Source: Octopus sinensis
Lineage: Eukaryota
DNA: 11,639 bases
Direction of reading: 5' to 3'
NCBI RefSeq assembly: GCF_006345805.1
Contig: NW_021826928.1
Location: 1-11,639 of the forward strand
Below, one piece after another: positions 1 to 8,820 of this stretch; the first letter of the stretch is position 1, and every line of letters starts with the position of its first letter. Position numbers and translations under genes: made by a program. The notes beneath the pieces are model-generated. The model searched no databases and was not told the DNA's origin. It was given only the letters and a program-made list of their open reading frames with translations.

Positions 1-207
1 TATTTTTTTCAGAATTTGCATTTCCTTTCCAGCTAAAAGGAATTATTGTTTTGTTAAAAATTAAATCAATCTAAACAACTTATATACCATCTCTAAGCAA
101 GCACATCATATTTACAATGCTTGGAATATATTATCGAGAGAAATGAACGTTACTCAAGTGTATATAAAGGTTTTATATACTTGATATATACACTTGATAT
201 ATATATA

Positions 208-620
208 GGCGCTGGAGTGGCTGTGTGGTAAGTAGCTTGCTAACCAACCACATGGTTCCGGGTTCAGTCCCACTGCGTGGCATCTTGGGCAAGTGTCTTC
301 TGCTATAGCCCCGGGCCGACCAATGCCTTGTGAGTGGATTTGGTAGACGGAAACTGAAAGAAGCCTGTCGTATATATGTATATATATATATGTGTGTGTG
401 TGTTTGTGTGTCTGTGTTTGTCCCCCTAGCATTGCTTGACAACAGATGCTGGTGTGTTTACGTCCCCGTCACTTAGCGGTTCGGCAAAAGAGACCGATAG
501 AATAAGTACTGGGCTTACAAAGAATAAGTCCCGTGGTCGATTTGCTCGACTAAAGGCGGTGCTCCAGCATGGCCGCAGTCGAATGACTGAAACAAGTAAA
601 AGAGGAGAAAAAAAAAAATA
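208..620 (+). mobile_element. tRNA-derived SINE, family A, apparently full length
   Basis: Pol III A box TGGCTGTGTGG (218-228) and B box GGTTCAGTCCC (261-271). CORE-like CTTGGGCAAGT segment, internal (TA)n(TG)n at 371-420, 3' GCTCCAGCATGGCCGCAGTC tail and A-rich end. Two more copies at 11178-11290 and 11462-11639. Confidence 0.9.
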
Positions 621-1321
621 AAGATTTTGTCAACTTATTGTTTTATGAAATACAAAATTGAAGAAAGTAAGCGAGGAAACTAACAGAGCCAGCATGGGAA
701 AGGAAAAAGAGGCTAAGTGAACGGCAAATTTGATAAAAGTTAAACGATAGTTAACGTATATATGCCATATTACTTGATATAAAACAGAGTGACAAAAGCA
801 TGCTTTTTAAGTTATTTGTCATAGGACGGGTAATACACTAGTATGATGAATATTGCCTAATACTGTGGTATTTATTCAGTTCTTTTTACAGTCCTGACAT
901 CATTCTAATCGACAACACAGCTTACCCATAAAAGAATGTATAAACATTGTAACAATAATGGAAATCTGGACAGGCCTTACATCATATACTTACAGCACAA
1001 TTGTCATAAATACCTTAATGATGTTGTATTTATCTACTTTTTGTTCATTTTTCAAAGTGCTCCAGTACCACCGTTGACGTGCATGTGTGGTTAAATACAA
1101 CGAAATGTTTATATGTTTCTACATGTAAATCAAAACAGCCGTGATCACTATGCATATCTCTTCCTTTCTCCTTCCTGTATCCAATTTCTCACTTCTAATA
1201 CTTCCTGATTATGTATGCAAGCTCACGTTGATTCACGTTTCCCATCTTCTGCAGTCAGTTCCTCAAACATAGAGGATATACAACTTTGCTATTTTTCTTT
1301 TATTTCCTTTCTGTCACCTTT

Positions 1322-1354
1322 TCCTTGAAGAAGGACTTTATCCGAAACGTTGGA
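1322..1354 (+). ncRNA. Minimal type I hammerhead-like motif (PLE type, C3U variant)
   Basis: tcc-TTGAAGA-A-GGA cttta TCC-GAAA-CG-TT-gga. Helix I tcc/gga, helix II GGA/TCC, palindromic helix III ACGT. Preceded by a pyrimidine-rich tract. Confidence 0.55.
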
Positions 1355-1841
1355 TACTCCATTTATCACGACAATTTCACTAGGCACTTTGGATCTGTTT
1401 TATATGGAATGCATGTATAAGTGTATGAATGAATATGCATACGCATGTATGAATATAAGTATGTTTATATGCTTATATGTATGTGTGAGTGTGTATATGA
1501 GCTATAAGCGTGTATCTCATTACTGGATCGTCGAGAAAACCTTTTTTCAAATATTCTCCTGCTGTAACGATTCCATAACCTTACTCAGATATACTATATC
1601 CAAGAATAGGTTATGCTGAATGTCCTTTCTTTGATAGAGACTTGGCTGCTATTTCAAGTAGAGGCTCTTTCTTTGGGATTTTCACAAGCAGCAGTGTATG
1701 TAGCAGAGAGCTTGCACACATTTTTCTCTGTCTCGACTTTGAAGCCATATGCCACAAAATTGCGATTGGAGATTGAGAAAATTCTCCTGTAAATGTACGT
1801 AGATGTGTCTTAACCAGCTCAGCTATTAATATAATATCTGT

Positions 1842-1922
1842 CACACACAAACACCACACACACACACCACACCAACACAACACACCACACACCACACACG
1901 CACACACACACACACACACACA
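1842..1922. repeat. Imperfect (CA)n/(CACAC)n microsatellite
   Basis: Directly visible CA-rich simple repeat. Confidence 0.95.
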
Positions 1923-1986
1923 AGTTTTTATTTTTAGGGTTATATTATTTGACTGTCGCTGTGTTGGAGTACTTCTTTCTAATATA

Positions 1987-2212
1987 TATTTCTCTACTGC
2001 CCTGAAGGGGCTAAACATAGAGGGGACAAACAAGGGCAGACAAAGGGATTAAGTCGATTACATCGACTCAGTGCAAAACTGGTACTTTATTTATCGACCC
2101 CGAGAGGATGAAAGGGAAAGTCGACCTCGGCGGAATTTGAACTCAGAACGTAACGGCAGACGAAATACGGCTATGCATTTCGCCCGGTGTGCTAACGATT
2201 CTGCCAGCTCGC
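1987..2212 (-). mobile_element. tRNA-derived SINE, family B monomer
   Basis: Reverse complement of 4807-5033 at about 90% identity by eye. A box-like TGGCAGAATCG, B box-like GAGTTCAAATTCC, central GGTCGACTTTCCCTTTCATCCTCTCGGGGTCGATAAATAAAGTACCAG domain. Confidence 0.9.
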
Positions 2213-2231
2213 GGATTCCAACCATTTCATT

Positions 2232-2330
2232 ACTTATTTTACTGACCTTAGAGGGATGTAATGCGAACAGTCCTGGGAGGAATTTGAACTCAGAATCTAA
2301 AGCTCTTTTGTCCAACGGTCTATCAATTGC
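2232..2330 (-). mobile_element. Old degenerate family-B-related SINE head/core fragment
   Basis: GGAATTTGAACTCAGAA is identical to the adjacent copy; the flanking sequence is a decayed match to 2084-2212. Confidence 0.7.
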
Positions 2331-2447
2331 GCAGTCAATCTAACATTCATACATATACTCCTACATATATATCCATCCATCTATACACACAGACTCGTAG
2401 ACATATGTACTTACTAACGTACGTAAACCCACACACGCACCCTCGCC

Positions 2448-2530
2448 TATATACTTATATATATATATACATACATTTATATATATGTGTGTGTGTGTGT
2501 GTGTGAGTGTACGTATGTATGTATGTATAC
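2448..2530. repeat. Compound (TA)n/(TG)n/(TATG)n microsatellite
   Basis: Directly visible. Confidence 0.9.
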
Positions 2531-2763
2531 GGATAGACATGGATACATACATAAGTTCATGCGTAGACACCCGGCGTGAACAGACGCAAACTTTAACGTA
2601 GGAGAGTATTCATTGAATTTTCGACAATATCTATTCTCAAACAATAATGGTACGACTACTACCTTTACTAAATAACTGCTTATTCTTCTGAAGACATTTG
2701 CTAAATCAACCTTTTATTCAACGTCGTAGTGGTACATGTCTGAAACTTGCATTCACCTTGCAG

Positions 2764-2836
2764 AGATGCGTTACAAGCAACAGGCTGGACACAACAATAG
2801 CGACACCGGAGGAAAGAAGAAACGGTATTGTAAAAG
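2764..2836 (+). CDS. Candidate internal coding exon (73 nt), product unknown
   Basis: Acceptor attcaccttgcag| and donor AAG|gtaaat. Two open frames: RCVTSNRLDTTIATPEERRNGIVK or MRYKQQAGHNNSDTGGKKKRYCK. No homology recognised. Confidence 0.4.
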
Positions 2837-3167
2837 GTAAATTGTAATTATAGAAGAAACTGAAACAAGAAAACACATTTTCTTAGAGTAGAACTCAATA
2901 ATGACTTATATAATTGCTATAAAATGGCAAAAGGTTCCCTCGGCTATGTGAATTGAATGACAGTCTACTGAGACGAACTTCACTCAGAGTTGAAGTATTT
3001 CATGAGAAAACTGTTACGCTAACAGGCAACATTTGCTGAACATAGGAAAAGCGTTGATGAATGTAGTTCTACACCCCAAAGTACGAAGAGTACAGTAGGT
3101 GAAGTAAATTCCTGGAATACATATGCGGACTCTACGTGTGACAACAAATCTGATTCTAATTGCTGCT

Positions 3168-3551
3168 GTTGCTGTTGTTGTTGAGCGAACGGTCTTCGTC
3201 CCAGAGCTCGCAAGATGGGAGAAGTCCGAAACGTGGTCCTTTGCTATTCGTAAGACCCGCGGAAAGAGAAAGCAGGTCAACCGCCGACACCGAGAGCATC
3301 GACGGATGGATGAATGCGCATCCAGGCTCAGCGGTTGCGTAGGAAGTCGGGGACAAGAAACAGGAAGAAAGATTGAGAGAAAGTTGGAGCGAAAGAGTAC
3401 GACAGGGGTCGCTACCACCCCTTGCCGGAGTCTCGTGGAGCTTTAGCTGTTTTCGCTCAATAAATACACACAACGCCCGGTTTGGGAATCGAAACCGCGA
3501 TCCTCCGACCGCGAGTCCGCTGCCCTAACCATTGGGCCATATCGCGTCCAC
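3168..3551 (-). mobile_element. tRNA-derived SINE, family C, full length, with 13-bp target-site duplication
   Basis: The minus strand starts with a tRNA-like head (A box TGGCCCAATGG, B box GGTTTCGATTCC) and ends in a (CAA/CAG)n tail. Exact direct repeat TCTAATTGCTGCT at 3155-3167 and 3552-3564. GC- and CpG-rich. Confidence 0.92.
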
Positions 3552-3578
3552 TCTAATTGCTGCTATGTTCCTTTGCAG

Positions 3579-3663
3579 TAAGCCTCATGTTTCATATCCA
3601 ACTGCCAGTGACTATAGTAGCAACCACGATAATAAGTATATTACTATGAGGTGGGAAGAATAG
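3579..3663 (+). CDS. Candidate exon (85 nt) containing a stop codon
   Basis: Branch-like CTAAT (3553-3557), acceptor atgttcctttgcag|, consensus donor TAG|gtaagt. Spliced to 2764-2836 it reads VSLMFHIQLPVTIVATTIISILL* (stop 3647-3649), or in the other frame SKPHVSYPTASDYSSNHDNKYITMRWEE*. Confidence 0.42.
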
Positions 3664-4044
3664 GTAAGTAATTGTAATTTATTCTTAATGAAATACTTCA
3701 AGAGAAGATTTTTGTTTTGACACACCAGGTACAAGGTAAGCTTTACCTGATCAGCGTTGATAAGAGACGCAGTGAGTTGATGTCGTTAATGATTTATGAT
3801 ACAGATACGAAATATTTATAAAAAGACTCATATCACTTCATTTTGGCGAACATATTCCTATTTATATGCGCTTTTCACAACTGCTTAGCAGTATCATGAG
3901 GACAATACACAAAGCCAGAACATTAAAAAAAGTTGCATGCCATTATTGATCTATTGAAGACTAGCATTTATGTGGCGATACTACATGTACGTAGGCAAAT
4001 AATTACGCTTCTCTGCTGCAAAAATTGAAAAATAAATAGAAATG

Positions 4045-4580
4045 ATGTTTGGAGATCGTAAAAACGAAACGCTTGAAGTTTCGCTCTGATACACGCAAAC
4101 AGGAGTTTGAGGGTGTCAGTGACAAACGCTGATAACAGATGTGAGTCTCTAAAAAAGAAAGGCCTTAAGAATTTTCAGTGAAAATCAATTAGCAGTCTAC
4201 AGAGATATGAGAAAGAGAGTGAGAGAGAGAAAGAGAAAGAAAGAAATAGAATAAGAGAGAGAGAGAGGGAGTAAGAGAGAACAGGTAATAAAAATGACAT
4301 TGACCCATTTTCAAGAGCCTAAGATTCATCTTGGAGAAAAAAAGGAGTTTAACCTGAATACAGTGTGGCTAGAAGGTACCGAAAAAAATGTAAGAGGAAA
4401 AGAATTGTGGCTACTGCAGGACAGGAAGAGAATTGATTGATAGTTACTGATGCAAAAAAAAACAAAAAAAAAAGAAAGAAATTTGACCATCTCATTGATC
4501 TTTGTTAGCAAGCACTCAATGTTTGGCGATAATAAAAACGAAATGCTAGAAGTTTTGCTCTGATACACGTGAACAGGAGT
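4045..4580 (+). repeat. Dispersed 62-bp direct repeat pair (4045-4106 and 4519-4580)
   Basis: 54/62 identical, ungapped, 474 bp apart; weaker similarity continues about 50 bp downstream of each copy. Confidence 0.85.
4201..4280. repeat. Imperfect (GA)n purine tract
   Basis: Directly visible. Confidence 0.85.
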
Positions 4581-4805
4581 AAATATACTAATGACTGACA
4601 TTGGTAGAAATGAGTGATACTAAAAGACAAAACACACACAAAAATCAAAAATGAACAAACAAAGAAAACTGCTCACATGGCCAACAATTACTGACCAAAA
4701 GCGAATGCAGCCTGTCTGAACTTATTCCTCCAGGATTACCGCGAAAGTAATAATACCGTTGCAGTTTAAGGAGCATCGGGGAAGAAGGGAGTTTACAGAT
4801 ATATT

Positions 4806-5218
4806 GGCGAGCTGGCAGAATCGTTAGCACGCCGAGCGAAATGCTTAGCGGTATTTCGTCTGCCGTTACGTTCTGAGTTCAAAATCCGCCGAGGTCGACT
4901 TTGCCTTTCATCCTTTCGGGGTCGATAAATTAAGTACCAGTTACGCACTGGGATCGATGTAATCGACCTAATACCTATGTCTGTCCTTGTTTGTCCCCTC
5001 TGTGTTTAGCCCCTTGTGGGTAATAAAGAAATAGGTATTTCGTCTACCGTTACGTTCTGAGTTTAAATTCCACCGTAGTCGATTTTGCCTTTCATCCTTT
5101 CGGGGTCGATTAAATAAGTACCAGTTACGCACTGGGGTTCGATACAATCGACTTTATCCGTTTGTCTGTCCTTGTTTGTCCACTCTGTGTTTAGCCACTT
5201 GTGGGTATTAAAGAAATA
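4806..5218 (+). mobile_element. Family B SINE with tandemly repeated 3' unit, inside one target-site duplication
   Basis: Head 4806-4849, unit 1 4850-5033, unit 2 5034-5218 (about 89% identical). AGATATATTG occurs at 4797-4806 and 5218-5227. Confidence 0.92.
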
Positions 5219-5925
5219 GATATATTGTGTTACTTCTAAACAACAAAACTGTCAAAATAGCGAAGGGCAGCTGAAATTTGGTTTGAACTTAACTGAAGAC
5301 CAGAAATGCACATTCTGATATGTTGCATATTCAGATCAGTTGTAACAAGATTGCAAATGAAAGCAATTCTACTTGTCATCAGAAGGTCATACATGGTGTT
5401 GCTCAACGCGCGGTCAAGTCTTCATGAAGCATTTTAATTTTCAAGTCAATTAGTGTGGTAGCAATAAAGCCACTTCGAACTGAATTGCAAGATCGAACTT
5501 CTAACGGAGCAGCTGCCCCCACGCAAAACTATAGCACAGATTTGTGTAATATATATAAAAAATATCGTTCATTTAGCAGCTTGTTATTGTAAACACGCAA
5601 ACTCACACATACACAAATGCACACATTCATACACTTACGTGCGCTCGCAACCCCTGCACAAACACGCACAGGTGAGCACATAGGTGCCAAACAAATTAAA
5701 AGAAATAGCACACGATCGTCAACTTCACAAATCATCACTCAAAGATTTACGGAACCGATTCTCAGGCTCTCTGAACTGCCTGATGAGCGGTTACGCACTG
5801 AGTTAAAACTCATTTATCGTCCGGGTTGGACGATAAATAATATTCCTCTACCGGTATTGATTCTTCCTTATTTCTCTTCTTTTCTTTCACCCTCTCTTTC
5901 TCTCAGTCTCTTTGCCTCTCTTGCC

Positions 5926-6167
<242 letters not shown>

Positions 6168-6275
6168 CTGAAGATTTTCTATTTTGGATATATTTGGGGT
6201 ACTTAGGTCTGCTCAGGACTTAGTGTTTGCTTTTTCCATAGGTATGAGTAAGTATTTCATTTATGTCTTACGTAT

Positions 6276-6336
6276 TTATCGCTGACGAAGGGAAAATTCT
6301 TATGAATTAACCCCGAAATTGGGACCAATACGGTAA
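6276..6336 (+). ncRNA. Type I hammerhead ribozyme motif (PLE type), core intact
   Basis: ttatcg-CTGACGA-A-GGG aa aattc ttat gaatt aac CCC-GAAA-ttgg ga ccaa-TA-cggtaa. Helix I 6 bp (one G-U), helix II GGG/CCC plus aattc/gaatt, helix III Attgg/ccaaT. Predicted cleavage after A6330. Confidence 0.8.
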
Positions 6337-6604
6337 TAACAGAATTTTTTAGAAATTTCTATCGGCATGTTTCGGGACGCATAAATTATAATGGTTATTG
6401 ACAATTTTGTCTTTTTTTCGGCATATTTGGCATTATAATTTTTCTTTTGCCCTTATTTTACAAGTTATTTATATATTTTAACCTTTAAGGGTATTTTTTG
6501 ATATGCTGGCCATTGATAAAATTTGTTTTCGAGAAAAAAATTTATCGTTTTACTCCTGCTGTTCTATATGGTGTTTCGACTAACTTCATTCCGTATTTTG
6601 CATT

Positions 6605-6696
6605 TACTTTTCGTTTTCTTTCTTTTTTTCTTGCATTCTTGTTCGCTTTCTTGCTTCCCTGCTTTCTGATTTTTCTAATGTCGTTTCTTTTTTCGT

Positions 6697-6732
<36 letters not shown>

Positions 6733-6797
6733 ACTCCTTTCTTCTTTTCCTTTCAGTCACTTTTCTTCTTATCTCTCCTTTCCTTTCTTTCTTTCTT
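6605..6797. repeat. T/C-rich low-complexity tract with (TTTC)n
   Basis: Directly visible; the source of the F/L/S-rich ORF. Confidence 0.9.
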
Positions 6798-7058
6798 ATA
6801 ACATCGACTCTATTTCATATTTTATCGATTCAGGAAAAGAAACGAAAAGTGGAACTGAGCTGGATTTGAACGCAGGATATAAGAAGATGAAACCAAATAC
6901 CAGAAGGTACACTGTCGAACGTCCTAACGATTTTTGAAGCCAACCCAGTATAATACACGTACACATACACATGTGTGTGCCTATGTGTTTGTGTGTCACT
7001 GTGTAGGTATATATGTATAATTCACTCTCTCTGTCTGAATTTATATGTATAAGTATTT

Positions 7059-7060
<2 letters not shown>

Positions 7061-7100
<40 letters not shown>
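7061..7100. repeat. (AC)20 microsatellite
   Basis: Perfect dinucleotide run. Confidence 0.98.
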
Positions 7101-7104
<4 letters not shown>

Positions 7105-7195
7105 TGTGCTGAAAAGGTCTTGGCTCTAAGGGTGCCGTGAAAGCCCGATCAGGGGCTCAAACTTCCAAATACTTTTACAGGGCTTAAAAAAATGA
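7100..7195. mobile_element. One end of a mariner-derived non-autonomous element (fragment)
   Basis: Begins CGAGGTGTGCTGAAAAG, resembling the mariner TIR pattern TA-CGAGGGNNGNCTGAAAAGT (recalled). No partner TIR in the window. Confidence 0.5.
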
Positions 7196-7822
7196 TGTGT
7201 TTAATCCTTGCCCGCATGAAGAAAGTACATTCTATCGTACCTGCGCGACTCACCATGACTGTAACTACGGTTCCCCTGCCTCGACCTTCTGCAAACGACC
7301 TTACACCAATGTCCTTGGGACCAGCATAAAGAGTTTGACCAAGACACGCACCAATGCACCCAAGTAGACATACGTACACTCCCATAAGGCAGACACCCCG
7401 CAGTTAACTATCCCTCCAAGCACATACTTCAAATGCAAATTATAACCCCACACAAATGCATTATACATTACACATTATACTTTATACACCGCACGCTAAT
7501 ATATACTCCCCATCCAACTTTACAATTTACAGAAAGAAAACATAATGAACACAGTGTTAGGTATGTTTACACCCCCAGAAAAGTTTATACATATAACATC
7601 GCTACACACACCACACACCCATCCTTACAGAGTAACCACATTAATAAAAACTTTCCCCACTCCTATGTTGACTCTTGCTGGCTCCACAACATAGCTAATC
7701 AAAGGACATAACTCCTAGTAAAATGCCCTGGGTCTTTTTTCATTTCACCACCTTTTTACAGCAGATGCCGACCGGTCGTGCTAATCCATCGCCAGCAGTG
7801 GAGAGCAGTCACCATATTCTTT

Positions 7823-7943
7823 TCCATGTCGGCTACATCTGATGAACGTATGTATATAATTAGTTTTATATAATTACTTTGTTGCTTAACACTTCACTGT
7901 ATTTTTTGCGCGAAATCAATTGGTGAAGACCATCCGAGATGGA
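7823..7943 (+). ncRNA. Degenerate hammerhead-like motif with long helix II insert
   Basis: CTGATGA at 7839-7845, GAAA at 7912-7915, near-palindromic ATCAATTGGT, distal stem tccatgtcgg/ccgagatgga (9/10 pairs). The cleavage-site base is G and proximal helix I is broken. Confidence 0.4.
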
Positions 7944-8215
7944 CACTTAACACTACAAAATTCGGATAATATATATATATATATATACACACAAAGTATG
8001 GGGGTTTAGTTCACAGGTGATCTAAATGATCAAGTACGCTAAGTAAGTGCTGTAACGTATTACTAGGGCTCCAAGGTTATAGCTGAGATTGTAGTTATGG
8101 AGTCATTGCTAATTTCCGATGCAGCAGATATAAAATTGTTAAACAAGACAACAAACCTTAAGGCAAAGCAAACATCTCAAGTCGTATACAATATTATTAT
8201 AGGAAAAAATTCTAA

Positions 8216-8271
8216 ATCTTACAGCTGTTTCTGGAATATCCCCAAGTATGGAATATATCGTCGTCAGAGAC
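8216..8271 (-). ncRNA. Type I hammerhead motif, left arm of the palindrome
   Basis: Minus strand: gtct-CTGACGA-cgatatattccatacttggggatattcca-GAAA-CAGCTG-TA-agat. Helix I gtct/agat, palindromic helix III ACAGCTGT, GUA cleavage triplet; base of helix II imperfect. Confidence 0.75.
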
Positions 8272-8605
8272 AAATAAGGAAAAAAATAGGGAAAATGAGA
8301 ATGGTATATATTAATAAAATAACGACAGAGAGGAAGAAAGTAAAAGAGTAAGGAGATAGAAAGAAAGAAGGAAAGAGACGCATAAACGTTCATAGTTCAA
8401 TTTTCCGAAGTTATAGAAATCAGAGCATGAGACCTTAGATGCAATCCTGCGTAGATTGATGAGAGTAAGTCAGGATTTTAACCCCCATAGATCTACACAG
8501 GATTGCACCTGCTCTGACTTCCATAACTTCGGAAAGTTGAACTATGATCTTTTATGCTTATTTTTCTTCTTTCTTTCGTATTCTTCTCATTTTCCCTACT
8601 TTTTC

Positions 8606-8656
8606 CTGATGACAGAATATTTGTACTCGGGGATATCCCAGAAACAGCTGTAAGAT
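8606..8656 (+). ncRNA. Type I hammerhead motif, right arm (5' strand of helix I lost)
   Basis: CTGATGA-cagaatatttgtactcggggatatccca-GAAA-CAGCTG-TA-agat. An ~11-nt deletion relative to the left arm removes the gtct strand. Confidence 0.65.
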
Positions 8657-8742
8657 TTTGAATTTCTTCCCATAACAATATTGTATACGACTTGAGATGT
8701 TAGCCTCGCCTTAATGTTTGATGTCCTACTTAACAATTATCT

Positions 8743-8765
8743 ATATATATATATACATATATTAC

Positions 8766-8817
<52 letters not shown>
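8743..8817. repeat. (TA)n microsatellite
   Basis: Directly visible. Confidence 0.97.

Positions 8818-8820
<3 letters not shown>

Larger units (their letters stand above)
8134..8738. mobile_element. About 600-bp imperfect palindrome (foldback) with a hammerhead motif in each arm; probable non-autonomous PLE derivative
   Basis: Left arm ~8134-8468 is the reverse complement of right arm ~8477-8738 (e.g. AACATCTCAAGTCGTATACAATATT / AATATTGTATACGACTTGAGATGTT). The left arm has three extra segments. Confidence 0.88.

Noticed and set aside
892-1080. Possible + strand exon after tttttacag with a CNNNG/WTG Sushi-like hint
   Set aside because: All three frames from the acceptor hit stops within 40 nt, the motif needs a frameshift, and there is no clear donor.
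1610-1792. Segment open in several frames, with a minus-strand ttacag acceptor
   Set aside because: No recognisable protein or supporting partner exon; 1619-1671 looks like a decayed repeat fragment.
3014-3473. Five overlapping ORFs, one with poly-Q
   Set aside because: By-products of the GC-rich SINE and its (CAA)n tail.
3476-3551. tRNA gene on the minus strand
   Set aside because: A and B boxes are present but the acceptor and anticodon stems pair poorly, and it is the head of a TSD-flanked SINE.
3726-3749. 7-nt microexon or AGGTAA-gct-TTACCT hairpin
   Set aside because: Too short to distinguish from chance without transcript data.
4850-5218. Tandem units as a CRISPR array or non-LTR retrozyme
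   Set aside because: Eukaryotic context, no spacers or cas genes, and no CTGANGA/GAAA core in the unit on either strand.
5291-5316. CTGAAGA-cca-GAAA-tgca, as a minimal hammerhead
   Set aside because: No helix II, no UH at the cleavage site and only a 2-bp helix I; consistent with chance.
5335-5386. Minus-strand CTGATGA with a CAAG/CTTG hairpin, as a hammerhead
   Set aside because: The hairpin is followed by TTAC, not GAAA.
5775-5810. CTGATGA followed by a GCG-gtta-CGC hairpin, as a hammerhead
   Set aside because: No GAAA after helix II and no helix I or III.
6498-6869. 123-aa hydrophobic membrane-like ORF
   Set aside because: Translation of the (TTTC)n low-complexity tract.
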